Assembly (NCBI GenBank): GCA_035559535.1
Contig: DATMBG010000026.1
Coordinates: 62,001-126,000 of the forward strand
DNA: 64,000 bases
Source: Candidatus Limnocylindrales bacterium
GTDB lineage: Bacteria > Moduliflexota > Moduliflexia > Moduliflexales > JAUQPW01
Direction: 5' to 3'
Position 1 is the first letter of the stretch. Every line of letters starts with the position of its first letter. The position numbers and the translations under genes are program-made. Under the pieces are notes generated by a model. That model made no database searches. It was not told where the DNA came from and saw only the letters and a program-made list of their open reading frames with translations. Shown piece after piece: positions 49,572-60,816 of this stretch.

Positions 49572-51463
49572 TTCTCCCGCCACATTTCGAATACCAACAG
49601 GAGCCATATTCTATTTACATCGATACTATGCCCTCTTTTAAATTCATAAACAGTTCGTTGAACCAGTTTTGGATTCAGAATTCCCGCATTGCGGATGCGT
49701 ATTGGATCCAGGTAGTAATCCAAAAGGTCCAAGAGATCCCCTAGCAGCCATTCTCTGAGAGGAATACCAAAACCCTGTTTAGGCCGATCCACCAATTCAC
49801 GGGGGACATATTTATAGAGAATTCTACGCAGAAGGTGCTTACTGCCTAAATGACCCCGGCGTAAATTCAAAGGGAGACGAAAAGCAAATTCTACCAACCG
49901 ATGGTCTAACAAAGGCTCCCGTCCTTCCAGGCTTACGGCCATACTGGCCCTATCTACTTTAGTAAGAATATCGGCAGGCAGGTAATAATGAAGATCCCAC
50001 AACATCATTTGTTCTTCATAAGAACCGGTATAAACGTCCAACAAGTGTCTTTGGGGAGAATAACCTCCTATCAGGTCATCAATCTCAGGTACTATCCAAT
50101 GGGATGAGGCTAAATCGAAAAATTGAGCAGGATCCAGGGTAGGAAGTATATATTTCAGCTTAATCAGGCGGTCGATCATTTTATAACCTTTGCCCGCCGG
50201 TAAAATCCGACCTAATAAAATCAGAACATCCCTTGGTATAACCTTCAACGGGGTTCCTACCATATTCCATAGCCAGCCGGGAATCCGTTGCAAGGTGGCA
50301 ACTTTTCTGGGTATGAAATCATAACTGGTATACCCTCCGAACAGTTCATCTCCTCCATCCGCCGATAGGGCGACTTTTACCTGCTCCCGGGCCACCTTAG
50401 ATACCAGCCATGTGGGAATTCCAGACGAATCTCCAAAAGGTTCATCATACAGGGTAGCCCACCGGGGGAGAATATCCTTGGCTTGATCCACAGAAAGTAA
50501 ATATTCGGTATGGTGGGTTCCCAGGTGCTCTGCTACACGCCGTGCCCATGGGGATTCATCGAATTGATTTTCTTTAAAGCCGATGGTAAAGGTATGAATA
50601 GACTGGCCGGAGTGGCGCTGCAAAATGGCTGTAACCGTGGACGAGTCAATTCCTCCCGAAAGGAAAACCCCTACGGGCACGTCTGAAACCAGGCGGTAGC
50701 GAAAGGCATCGATCAGAAGGGATTCCAACTGATTTTCCAGTTCTTTCTCAGGACCCCGAAGGGGATTATCCAGAGCATCCAGTACAGACCAGTATGGCTG
50801 AACGATAGGTTCCCCGGTTTTTCTCAATATCAGCCAGTGGCCCGGCGGGAGTTTACGAACCTGCCGGTAAATACTTCTTGGATCGCTGATGTATCCATAT
50901 TGGAAGAATTCACCAAGAGCCTGTCGGTCTATATCTGGCTGCCAGTGGCGAAAAGCACGTAAAGCTTTCAGCTCGGAACCAAACCAAAAATTCCGCCCAT
51001 CCCAGCCATAGTACAGGGGTTTGACCCCCAGGCGATCCCGAAATAGGTATAACTTTTGATTTTTCCCATCCCAAAAGGCAATGGCAAACATACCGATGAA
51101 GCGCTCAACGGCTTTTTCTCTCCATTCACAAAACGCGGCCAATACTACCTCTGAGTCACCACTCCCACAAAAGGTATACCCCTTAGCTTCCAGATCTTTA
51201 CGTATTTCACGAAAGTTGTAAACCTCTCCATTGAAAACCATAGCGATCTGACCATCCTGACTTACCATGGGTTGGTGACCGCGTTCTGATAAATCTAGAA
51301 TAGATAAACGGGTATGCCCTAATCCAACACCCTGGGAATTTCTCCAAAGTCCTTTGTCATCAGGCCCGCGATGATGAAGGCTAGTAACTGCCCGGGGAAG
51401 GTCCTCCCAGAATTTGTCTTCTGATTGTCCTTCCCTGGCCCAATAACCTGTGATGCCGCACAT
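49562..51463 (-). CDS. asnB: AsnB-family amidotransferase #4
   Basis: MCGITG, HRGPDD, HTRLSILDLS, LSGGIDSS, DGGDELFGGY, ILTKVDRASM; start at MCG with AGGAG. Confidence 0.92.
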   Translation of the reverse strand: MCGITGYWAREGQSEDKFWEDLPRAVTSLHHRGPDDKGLWRNSQGVGLGHTRLSILDLSERGHQPMVSQDGQIAMVFNGEVYNFREIRKDLEAKGYTFCGSGDSEVVLAAFCEWREKAVERFIGMFAIAFWDGKNQKLYLFRDRLGVKPLYYGWDGRNFWFGSELKALRAFRHWQPDIDRQALGEFFQYGYISDPRSIYRQVRKLPPGHWLILRKTGEPIVQPYWSVLDALDNPLRGPEKELENQLESLLIDAFRYRLVSDVPVGVFLSGGIDSSTVTAILQRHSGQSIHTFTIGFKENQFDESPWARRVAEHLGTHHTEYLLSVDQAKDILPRWATLYDEPFGDSSGIPTWLVSKVAREQVKVALSADGGDELFGGYTSYDFIPRKVATLQRIPGWLWNMVGTPLKVIPRDVLILLGRILPAGKGYKMIDRLIKLKYILPTLDPAQFFDLASSHWIVPEIDDLIGGYSPQRHLLDVYTGSYEEQMMLWDLHYYLPADILTKVDRASMAVSLEGREPLLDHRLVEFAFRLPLNLRRGHLGSKHLLRRILYKYVPRELVDRPKQGFGIPLREWLLGDLLDLLDYYLDPIRIRNAGILNPKLVQRTVYEFKRGHSIDVNRIWLLLVFEMWREKWA

Positions 51464-51473
51464 AAAAATACTC

Positions 51474-52466
51474 CTAATTACGTTGAAAACGTAAGACCGG
51501 CCCTTTACCATCGATTCCCCGGCTATAAAGGGTGAAGCCTGATTTAGTTGCTATCTCTATGTAAGCTTCATCGGGTAAGCAATTCTCATAGCGGGTAGCA
51601 AGAGAATCATAAGTGTCCAGCAATGCCCATTCGTAAAGCTGAACCTCGCTAAGTTCCGGGTAAATTTCTTCATAATCACAAACAAAGATAATCTTTTGTA
51701 GTTTTCTCCCGACAACCGGTACTTTTCTTGCCAATCTGCGCAACCCTAAAGCTATAGGGGTATAAATACGGATAAAATCATAAGTGGTTCTGGGTGATAA
51801 CCGCGAAACCCACATCCTCCACCAGGCACGCGGTGTCAGCCATCGCCACCAACGATAAGGATAATTCCAGATGATCACCATCCCCCCAGGCTTTGCCTTT
51901 GATAAAATACCCATAAAGGCTCTTAAAGGATCTGGGGTGTGCTGAAGCACACCGATGGCATAGATAAGATCTGCAATCCCGTCACGAAGTGGAAGATGAA
52001 AGAGGTCCCCTTGAATAACATGTACATTCGACTTTTTTCCATGTAATTCATAACAGGCATCCACAGCGGAAGATAGATCGACGGCAAGAATTTCCTGGGC
52101 GTAGTCTGAGATCAGCTCTATAAAAGGTCCCGCACCACACCCGGCATCTAAGACTACTTTCCCCTTCGTAACTTCCGGTCCTTCCCCAATAATTCGATTC
52201 CAACGCCCCCTGAAAATTTCTGTACGGTTCAGGCTATCTTGCTGGGTCGTTGCAAACCGATTCCATTGCAATCCAAAAGAATCCGCATAATTCGTATCAG
52301 GAACAAAACGTGGCACACCCTTTAATACGGGGAAACAGCGCTTACAACCCCTGCAGGTTAGGGTTCCTTTTACCAACTCTTCACCCTCCCTACAGGTATT
52401 ACCGCTTAAATCAAGGGACCTGTTACAATCTGAACAAACTAAGAACTCCAATAACTGCAGCTTCAT
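51474..52466 (-). CDS. Trm112-like zinc-ribbon domain fused to class I SAM methyltransferase
   Basis: LLEFLVCSDC...LTCRGCKRCFPVLKGVPRF, then SFGLQW, VLDAGCGAG, IGVLQHTPDP. Confidence 0.82.
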   Translation of the reverse strand: MKLQLLEFLVCSDCNRSLDLSGNTCREGEELVKGTLTCRGCKRCFPVLKGVPRFVPDTNYADSFGLQWNRFATTQQDSLNRTEIFRGRWNRIIGEGPEVTKGKVVLDAGCGAGPFIELISDYAQEILAVDLSSAVDACYELHGKKSNVHVIQGDLFHLPLRDGIADLIYAIGVLQHTPDPLRAFMGILSKAKPGGMVIIWNYPYRWWRWLTPRAWWRMWVSRLSPRTTYDFIRIYTPIALGLRRLARKVPVVGRKLQKIIFVCDYEEIYPELSEVQLYEWALLDTYDSLATRYENCLPDEAYIEIATKSGFTLYSRGIDGKGPVLRFQRN

Positions 52467-52501
52467 TTTCTTCCATCCTTCTGGGATTATCCTATGGTCG
52501 T

Positions 52502-53617
52502 TTAACCTGATAAAATCTGATCGTATAGGTGATGATAACGTTCAATCATAATCGTCTTATCGTAATACTCTCTAACGATACTTTGGGCCCGTTGAGCGTA
52601 TTGCCGGGCCTTTTCTGGATTTTTCAATGCCTTTTTGATGGCGAAGGCTAAAGCTTCTGGATTTTTGGCAGGAACAAGGTAACCGCAAAGACCATGGGAA
52701 CCTCCAAGCAAAGCTCTGGCATCTCCAACATCTGTCGCCACTATTATCCGTCCTGCTGCCATTCCTTCAAGTAAAGCATTAGACATTCCTTCTCCATAAG
52801 AGGAGGAGGCAAGAATATCCATATCAGCCAGAACTGACCAGATATCCTCCACCGGCCCATACCATTTCACACATTCGGAGATTCCAAGGTTTTTTGCCAG
52901 GATCATAAGTTCTGTGCGGTAATCTACCGGTCCATCTCCATATAGGTGAAGTATCACTTTCTCTCCATGATCCAAGAGAATGCGCAGAGCCTGAAACATG
53001 GTAGGATGGTCTTTCATGGGATCGAAACGTGCCAGCATTCCTATATGCCAGGGGGGCTCATGAGCCAAAGGTGGGGGGAACTTATAATCCTCGGGTATAT
53101 CAATTCCATTAGGAATTACAAGTAATTTATTTTTTGGATAGCCAATACCAACGTGGTAAAGCCGACCTCGTTCGGAGTTGCAAACTATCGCTCGAGCCAT
53201 CCAACGACCTAGCAGGCCATCCGTATGTAGATATAACTTGCTACGAAGAGTTGGATAACCCGCGTTAGAGGCACGGACACCCATAACTACAGGCCGCCAG
53301 GTTATTAGCCCGGCTATGACCGCAAAGGTATTGGCCGGTGGCATCCAACCTTGAATAAGATCTATATTGTTTGTTTTGATATATTTTGCTAACCGAGGAA
53401 TGACCGAAAAATCCCATTTACTTTTTCGGTTCAGACTAATAAGATGGACTTTTCCCCATGTCCTCAGTTTCTCCCAGAACGAACCCCCGGGATAAAGAGT
53501 CACCACATGAGGCTCAACATCCCTGGCTACGAGACCCTTTACCAACAGGGCGAGCTGGCGCTCTGCTCCACCGGTTCTTAAGGCATGAATGTGAAAAAGA
53601 ATTCTTTTCCCTACCAT
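52502..53617 (-). CDS. GT4 glycosyltransferase
   Basis: GGAERQL, IPNGID, ARFDPMKDH, SSYGEGMSNALLEGMAAG, TDVGD. Confidence 0.92.
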   Translation of the reverse strand: MVGKRILFHIHALRTGGAERQLALLVKGLVARDVEPHVVTLYPGGSFWEKLRTWGKVHLISLNRKSKWDFSVIPRLAKYIKTNNIDLIQGWMPPANTFAVIAGLITWRPVVMGVRASNAGYPTLRSKLYLHTDGLLGRWMARAIVCNSERGRLYHVGIGYPKNKLLVIPNGIDIPEDYKFPPPLAHEPPWHIGMLARFDPMKDHPTMFQALRILLDHGEKVILHLYGDGPVDYRTELMILAKNLGISECVKWYGPVEDIWSVLADMDILASSSYGEGMSNALLEGMAAGRIIVATDVGDARALLGGSHGLCGYLVPAKNPEALAFAIKKALKNPEKARQYAQRAQSIVREYYDKTIMIERYHHLYDQILSG

Positions 53618-53647
53618 ATTTATTTATGTTAGTTGTTTATTTGAGGC

Positions 53648-54149
53648 CTATCGATTTGCTAAATTAAATAATTTTAAGGCTTCCTCATCTACTAATTTTT
53701 GTCCAATGTATAGCAAATGAGGAAATTTTTTTTCTTTTAATTTATACTTTACCCGATGTAGAAGCCTGAATAATTTGGGATAACGAGAGAATAAAGTTGG
53801 ACGACAAACAATTTCAGTAAATCCAGCTACTTGCATCACCTGGCTTAGGGAATCTGCAGAAAAGGAACGCATATGTTGCACGGTATGGAATACACAACCA
53901 CAGTTGGGGCATATAACCTGGTGTTCAGCAAGATTCTCTTCATTAGGAGTTGTAACCGCAATGTAGCCCCCGCGTTTCGTGATAAGTAGTATTTCATGTA
54001 AAATGCTCTGCAATGCTTTGTCATCCAGGTGTTCAATCGTTTCAATTAAAAGAACAACATCTGCAGTAAAATCATCTATGGGAACTGCTTCGAAGGTGCT
54101 TAAACGTGCGCCCATAAAGTGGGGATTCCCGCTTAATCTCTCGTTCAAT
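53648..54149 (-). pseudogene. 5'-truncated SAM methyltransferase fragment
   Basis: DVVLLIETIEHL, GGYIAVTTPN, CPNCG..FH..QH present but no glycine-rich motif I; recognisable part begins right after the upstream stop. Confidence 0.6.
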
Positions 54150-54953
54150 CTATTTTTTTGAAGTACAGACCATGTAAGGTGACAAAAGTTGGGTTGCAGG
54201 TAATTCTGATACCACATTTTCAAATAACCAAATTCCTTTTGAGAACCAGATCAGGGTTCTTAATAGCACTCTTTTAAGTTGAAAGGAGATATTTCTAGAA
54301 AGACCATTTAAATTGACCACGCTAAAATCTGTTGAAATAAAATACCGACAGGAAATTACAGACAGCCCACTTTTCTCATGGGCTTTAGCTAGTTCAGTAC
54401 ACGAAAGCAGAACGTGAATATCATAAATTGGCTTATTTAACCATTTTTGAATAAACCCAACACTTCCTATCATATTAGGTATCAGCGTGATCATAATCCC
54501 TCCGGATTTAAGGAATCGAGCAAAAGCGGCTAAGACCCTTTCCGTAGGTGTGAAGTGTTCTGCAACCCCAAAAGAAATAACTACATCAAAAACTTCTATC
54601 ATTTCCTTTGGCGGATTAAAAAAATCAGCACATATAATCGTTCCTTTTACTTTCTCTCTATCCAGTATCCTCTCTGTCAAACAACATCCCTTTTCTGAGT
54701 AATCAATACCAAAAATTTGAAAACCAAACTCCTTAGCGAAATAAGGTAACCATACCGAGGCTGCACATCCTATCTCTAAAAGGCTACTTTCAGAAGTTCT
54801 AAGTCCCGAAAAGATTTGAGTAAAAAATTCATGAAATCGTCTGGGAATAGGATTTTTTAGAAGTCCTCGCTCAAAATCTATAGCAGGAGGCAATTCTAGA
54901 ACTTCCCATCCTGAGTCCCAGTATTCTTTGCTAACTCTATCGATCCTTTCCAT
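54150..54953 (-). CDS. Class I SAM-dependent methyltransferase
   Basis: YWD, LLEIGCA, GIDYS, FDVVISFGVAEHF, LIPN; start at ATG 54953. Confidence 0.85.
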   Translation of the reverse strand: MERIDRVSKEYWDSGWEVLELPPAIDFERGLLKNPIPRRFHEFFTQIFSGLRTSESSLLEIGCAASVWLPYFAKEFGFQIFGIDYSEKGCCLTERILDREKVKGTIICADFFNPPKEMIEVFDVVISFGVAEHFTPTERVLAAFARFLKSGGIMITLIPNMIGSVGFIQKWLNKPIYDIHVLLSCTELAKAHEKSGLSVISCRYFISTDFSVVNLNGLSRNISFQLKRVLLRTLIWFSKGIWLFENVVSELPATQLLSPYMVCTSKK

Positions 54954-54975
54954 AAAGTTCAGAACGATTAATCCT

Positions 54976-55935
54976 TCATTTTTTTCTTGCAGTGTAAGTA
55001 ACAATGCCGTAGGTTTTTGTCCATATCTGATAGCATTCCAATAGAGGTACTAAGGCACGGTCCAATATATCTATAGGATGAGTTAAGGCATAACGAAATA
55101 TCGAAAAAATATTTTTTTCCAGTTTATTCCTGTTCAAATACTGAGAGAAGCTAGGTGGCATATCTTCCCAAGTAAAATCCCGACGCTTCACCAATCGCGT
55201 TATTAAATAATAAAGCCATCCCCTGGGAGCCATCCCGTATATATTATTCCTATAATCTTCGGCTATAAGCTCCATCCCAACTATCTCCATATAACGTTGA
55301 ATTGTATCCCTTGTAAAAAAGTATAAATGACGAGGGACATCTTCACCGAAAAGCCTTCTAGATGATAAGCTTTTAAAATTTGTAACCAAAAAAACAAAAA
55401 TCCCATCCGATTTTAAGACCTCACTCGCTTTTCTAAAATAGGCCATAGGATTGTGTACATGTTCTAAAACAGCCCATGCCGTTACGGCATCATACCGCGC
55501 ACATTTCCCCTCGAGTTGATCAAAGGGTATTCGATATACCGGAAAATCGTGAATAGGTTGAGAATTAGCAGAGATTTCAACTCCTTCAACTTCCCATCCC
55601 TGGGTGGCCATGTACCTTGCAAAGTCACCGTTTGCACACCCTATATCCAAAAGACGTGGACGATCTTTTCCCTTTTTAACATCCAGCAAATATTTGCTTT
55701 CTTCCTGATATCTTTTCTTATGAAAAGCTAAATCTGTGGTAAAATACTCATAAAACTCGGCTGGGTAATAACGGTTTATTTCCTCAAAGCTTGGTCTTGG
55801 ATTTACAAATCCAAGACCGCACCCTTTGCACTCTACCACGTTAAATCTTTCATTGGGGAAAAAATGCCTGTCCGGCATACTATAAACAAATTTCAATTTA
55901 GCTGATCCGCATAAGTTGCAATCGACAGTCTCCAT
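54976..55935 (-). CDS. Class I SAM-dependent methyltransferase with CxxC zinc-ribbon
   Basis: CNLC...CKGC, LLDIGCANG, GVEIS, WAVLEHVHNP, PRHLYFF. Confidence 0.87.
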   Translation of the reverse strand: METVDCNLCGSAKLKFVYSMPDRHFFPNERFNVVECKGCGLGFVNPRPSFEEINRYYPAEFYEYFTTDLAFHKKRYQEESKYLLDVKKGKDRPRLLDIGCANGDFARYMATQGWEVEGVEISANSQPIHDFPVYRIPFDQLEGKCARYDAVTAWAVLEHVHNPMAYFRKASEVLKSDGIFVFLVTNFKSLSSRRLFGEDVPRHLYFFTRDTIQRYMEIVGMELIAEDYRNNIYGMAPRGWLYYLITRLVKRRDFTWEDMPPSFSQYLNRNKLEKNIFSIFRYALTHPIDILDRALVPLLECYQIWTKTYGIVTYTARKK

Positions 55936-56019
55936 AATCCTTTCACTTATAATACTTCACGATAAAACAAACAGATACTAATTTACGCCTGACTATTAGA
56001 AGATGAAAAAACATCCTCT

Positions 56020-57369
56020 TTACTTTAACAACCTTGTAGCGAAACCCATACAAAGAATCGTTGAAACTAAATAGACTGTTGAGGTGGATAGGGCAATTCC
56101 ATAGACTCCCCAGATCTGCATAAACCACCAGTTGAGGATCACATTCAAAACCATGTTAACACCTGTTACAAAGGTAAGGATTTGGTTTTTTCCCATTGCC
56201 GAGATGAGCCTGACGGCCAGAATACCTATAAGATAACTGGGAGCCTGAAGTAAATAAGCTCGCTGAATTCCGGCCACCAAATGTGCCGCCTGGGCATCGA
56301 ATGCCCCACGCTGAAAGATAAGACGTACTAAAGGTTCTGAAATCAGAATAAGGACTGTTACAAGAGGAACACTGGTGAGTAATAAGAGTTGGGTGTATCG
56401 CTTTAAAGTATGTCGGCAACCTTCCCAATCTTGTCGGGCAACCATTTCCGAGAAATAAGGTAGAATAGCCGTAGCTAGGGCAGTGGCCGTTATATTGGTT
56501 AAAAGAGAGGGAATTTTATTACCGAAATTAAGTCCGGCAATAGAACCCGCATCCAGACCAGAGGCCATTGCCTGATCGACCAGCGCAGTACTACCCATCA
56601 TAAGAGTTCCTCCCATTAATGCCCCCGTTTGGAGGAATACCCGCCGCAGATCTGAGTTGATCGGTTCCCAGTTCAGCCTGAGACTATAACCTCTTCGTGC
56701 TAAAGCAAACTGTAAGACACTAAGCTCTATGCCTGCTCCTATAACCGTGGCCCAGACTAAAACTCTCACCCCCCAGCTCGAACCTGATAAAAGTAAAAGA
56801 AAGATGGTCACGAGGGGTGTAAAGACAGGAACCAGGCTGCTAAACCCAAAACGCTTTCCCGCCTGAAGTACTCCATGACATAAAGTACTTAGACCTCTCA
56901 AGAAAAAATAGGGGATAAGCCCCCAAATCAGGGAGAGGGTCAAGGCCTGCTTTTCCGGTGAAAAACCGTAAGCTATTATCCTTAACATCTGTGGGAGTAC
57001 CCCTATAAAGAGGATAATCACCCCAACTATCCCAATCAAAAGAAATGTAACCGTATTTGCCAAAAAGCGTTGAGCATAAAGTGGAATACCTCGATTTTCA
57101 ATCTGAGCAAATACAGGAATAAAGGAGGATTGGAAAGCATTTAGTAAAAGATCTAGAAAAAAACTTACAACGGTAAAGGCAAAAATAAAGGCATCTAGAT
57201 CTGTCGTTATACCAAATACACTGGCCAGGATGGTCTCTTTAAAAAAACTTATTACCTTAACCAGTGACGTAATCAGGCCAATGGTTAGAGCTGCACCGAC
57301 GATCTCTCGATTGACCGTACCGGTTGTAAATTGTCGCCAGCGTGTCAAAAGAACCCGGGATATCGTCAC
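56020..57369 (-). CDS. MurJ/MviN-like (MOP) flippase
   Basis: KETILASVFG...DAF, SFIPVF, VDQAMAS.L..GSIA.LNFG, LIFQRGAFD. Confidence 0.85.
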   Translation of the reverse strand: MTISRVLLTRWRQFTTGTVNREIVGAALTIGLITSLVKVISFFKETILASVFGITTDLDAFIFAFTVVSFFLDLLLNAFQSSFIPVFAQIENRGIPLYAQRFLANTVTFLLIGIVGVIILFIGVLPQMLRIIAYGFSPEKQALTLSLIWGLIPYFFLRGLSTLCHGVLQAGKRFGFSSLVPVFTPLVTIFLLLLSGSSWGVRVLVWATVIGAGIELSVLQFALARRGYSLRLNWEPINSDLRRVFLQTGALMGGTLMMGSTALVDQAMASGLDAGSIAGLNFGNKIPSLLTNITATALATAILPYFSEMVARQDWEGCRHTLKRYTQLLLLTSVPLVTVLILISEPLVRLIFQRGAFDAQAAHLVAGIQRAYLLQAPSYLIGILAVRLISAMGKNQILTFVTGVNMVLNVILNWWFMQIWGVYGIALSTSTVYLVSTILCMGFATRLLK

Positions 57370-57380
57370 AAAAATACCCC

Positions 57381-58688
57381 TTACGGTAAAGAGGAATCTA
57401 AGGTAGTCTGAATAGACGGTTTAACTCTATAGCGGGAGATATACTCCAGAAGAAAAGCAAGTATTACCAAACCCAAGAGTGCAACGGCTCCTGCAGTAAG
57501 TACATTCATTTTCCTGTTGGGTTTAATAGGATTTTCAGGTATAACCGCCGAGTCTACGACCTTTAATTCCTGGGTTTTGGAGGCAACCTGGATTCGAGCT
57601 TCTTCAAACCTTTGTTTTAACGACTTATAAACTTCCTTAGCTAACTCATACGTCCTGGTTAGATTCTCTAATTTTATCTCCCTTTGGGCTAAGTCCTTCT
57701 GTAAATCGGTCAGCCGCTTTCCATTGGCTTCCAGATCTCTGGCCAGAACTGCTTTCCTGACCTTCAAACCTTCCAGGCCGGAAAGGGCTTCCACCAGCTT
57801 GGGCTCCAGTTCCTGGTATAGAGGATTTACCTGTTCATCTTTTGCCTGAATCCCCAACAAATCCAGGGGCGGTAGCTTCGAAACTTCCTGGACTACGTCC
57901 TTCATTATCGAATCGTTGGATATGGATCGGGAAAGCACCAGAATCTTCTTTTCATTTCCCAGCTTCTTACCCAATACGTCCACGACTGTATTTTGTTCCT
58001 CAATTATCTGATTGATTTCCAGAAGTTCCAGCTCGAGCCTTTCCTTCCCTTTCAGAAGGATTTCAACTTCTTTTCTTAATTTATCGATTTCTGAAGTTTC
58101 TTTAAAAGCCAGTAGCTCCTGCTCGGCTTTGGCCAGCGCCTCACTTGCCTCATCCAGTTGAGTTTTGAGAAAATCCCTGGACTTAACCGTTTCATCTTCA
58201 TTGAGAGCTTTATTCAGTTCCACAGCCGAAACCGCTACCATATTGGCTATGTCTCGGGCCTTTTCAGGGTTTGTATACTCTACGTTAATACGAATCAGAT
58301 TGGTACCTCTAAGGGGTACTACCGATATCATTCCATCCATCAGACTTTCAAGAGTTAAATTATAAGGGGGTTTATCTAAACTAAATTTCTCAAGAATTTC
58401 TTTAGCAACCGTTTGACTTTTGATGATCCCTACATACGTTTCGATAGGAGGAAGCCGGACTCCCACATTGCCCCCGATCTTCGGATCTGTGATAAGAAGA
58501 AGGGCTGTTGCTCGATACACTTTGGGCATCAGAAGACTTATTATCGCTGCTAAGATCATACAAAGCAGGGTTCCCCCTATAATCAAATACTTCCACTTCC
58601 AGAGTACCTTCAAATAATCCATTAAACTCGTTTCATCTGCCTCTTCTACGTCTGTTTTTACAATGAATTTTTCACTTACTTCGGCCAT
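57381..58688 (-). CDS. wzz: Wzz/polysaccharide co-polymerase-like protein
   Basis: [12 protein letters not shown] + TM, PKVYRAT, coiled coil, VVDSAVIPENPIKPNRK + TM. Confidence 0.85.
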   Translation of the reverse strand: MAEVSEKFIVKTDVEEADETSLMDYLKVLWKWKYLIIGGTLLCMILAAIISLLMPKVYRATALLLITDPKIGGNVGVRLPPIETYVGIIKSQTVAKEILEKFSLDKPPYNLTLESLMDGMISVVPLRGTNLIRINVEYTNPEKARDIANMVAVSAVELNKALNEDETVKSRDFLKTQLDEASEALAKAEQELLAFKETSEIDKLRKEVEILLKGKERLELELLEINQIIEEQNTVVDVLGKKLGNEKKILVLSRSISNDSIMKDVVQEVSKLPPLDLLGIQAKDEQVNPLYQELEPKLVEALSGLEGLKVRKAVLARDLEANGKRLTDLQKDLAQREIKLENLTRTYELAKEVYKSLKQRFEEARIQVASKTQELKVVDSAVIPENPIKPNRKMNVLTAGAVALLGLVILAFLLEYISRYRVKPSIQTTLDSSLP

Positions 58689-58809
58689 AGTTTTTCCCTG
58701 TAGTTTTTTTGCTTAAAAAGATAGGATTATCCCTTCATAAAGATTTCCTTCTCTACCAGGTGTGCTATAATTAACAAAAAACGGAAATCCTGTCAAGGGT
58801 TTTGTTGGC

Positions 58810-59907
<1,098 letters not shown>

Positions 59908-59950
59908 CTATTTCAGGAGCAGTTTTTTTCTCACCTGACCCCCCCCACGC

Positions 59951-60152
59951 GCCAGGATAAGTAGATTAACCGTCCCAGGATAAGTAGATTAACCGTCCCC
60001 GGTTGACAATTAGGTTAGCCCCAGCGGGACGACCTGTTTAACAGGCTGCTGCTCCGAAACTTGAAAAAACTTCTGGATGACTGAAACCCCGACGCAAGTC
60101 GGGGGGCTACCCACGGTTCGCCCTGGATGGAGCTTTTTATCCTTATCCTGGC
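59951..60152 (-). mobile_element. MITE/REPIN-like element, copy 3 (inverted)
   Basis: TIR GCCAGGATAAG/CTTATCCTGGC; body is the reverse complement of copies 1-2; 23-bp tandem duplication 59952-59997. Confidence 0.75.
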
Positions 60153-60305
60153 CCCTATGCTCCCCTAACCCCCTTCCCGACGTGGGAAGGAGGAACTTGG
60201 GGATAGCCTGGGTCCTCCTTACATAACAATTCCATGGAGTTCCTTCGAACCTTCAGGTAATATTCTCACAGTAAACAGGTAATATTCTCCCGGTAAAGTA
60301 GATAT

Positions 60306-60334
60306 AGGTTAATAAATATAGGGAGCTTTGTCAA
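60306..60334 (-). promoter_or_regulatory. Sigma70-type promoter facing the glycan locus
   Basis: TTGACA-17-TAACCT on the minus strand. Confidence 0.5.
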
Positions 60335-60389
60335 AGGTTTTCTAATAATTTAATAGGTGGAAGAAGAACCCCCCCCCCATCCCCCCTCA

Positions 60390-60594
60390 CTAACCATTAC
60401 CCACATTTTTTCATTTCAGGGGATTAATAACTGGTTTAGCTATCTTGCTGGTTGAGTAGCGAAATGCATTGAATCTCCTTCGTGAGGGAAAGATCCCTCT
60501 TTTTGCAAGGTGGGTCAACCGGGACGGTTGACCTACTAACTACTAACCGTTTTGAACCCATCCTCCCAAATCGAAAAATGTGGGTAAAGATAAG
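60390..60594. mobile_element. 205-bp TIR-bounded MITE-like element inserted in a hairpin repeat
   Basis: Left CTAACCATTACCCACATTTTTTCATTT vs reverse complement of right end CTTATCTTTACCCACATTTTTCGATTT (22/27). Confidence 0.7.
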
Positions 60595-60658
60595 CCGTCC
60601 ACGGGGAGGGAGAAGAGGGAGGGGGCCAGGGGTGAGGGTTACTTAAAAATTAGAATAT

Positions 60659-60687
60659 TTGACAAATAAACTATGTCGATATAATAT
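60659..60687 (+). promoter_or_regulatory. Sigma70-type promoter for the acyl-CoA ligase
   Basis: TTGACA-17-TAATAT (TATAAT at spacing 15). Confidence 0.55.
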
Positions 60688-60816
60688 GATAAAGTTTGAA
60701 TACGGCTTTTTGTTCAGGATCAAAAAATCTACCCTTTTCCTTCAAAGCGTCGTCTTGCATTCGGGTCGAGTTGGGGTTAATTAAAAGAATATTTTTATTT
60801 CATCGAGGTTGTCACC

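Noticed and set aside
16754-51463. AsnB homologues as lasso-peptide cyclases
   Set aside because: They retain full Cys-initiated glutaminase domains; no precursor, RRE or B-protease is seen; context is glycan synthesis
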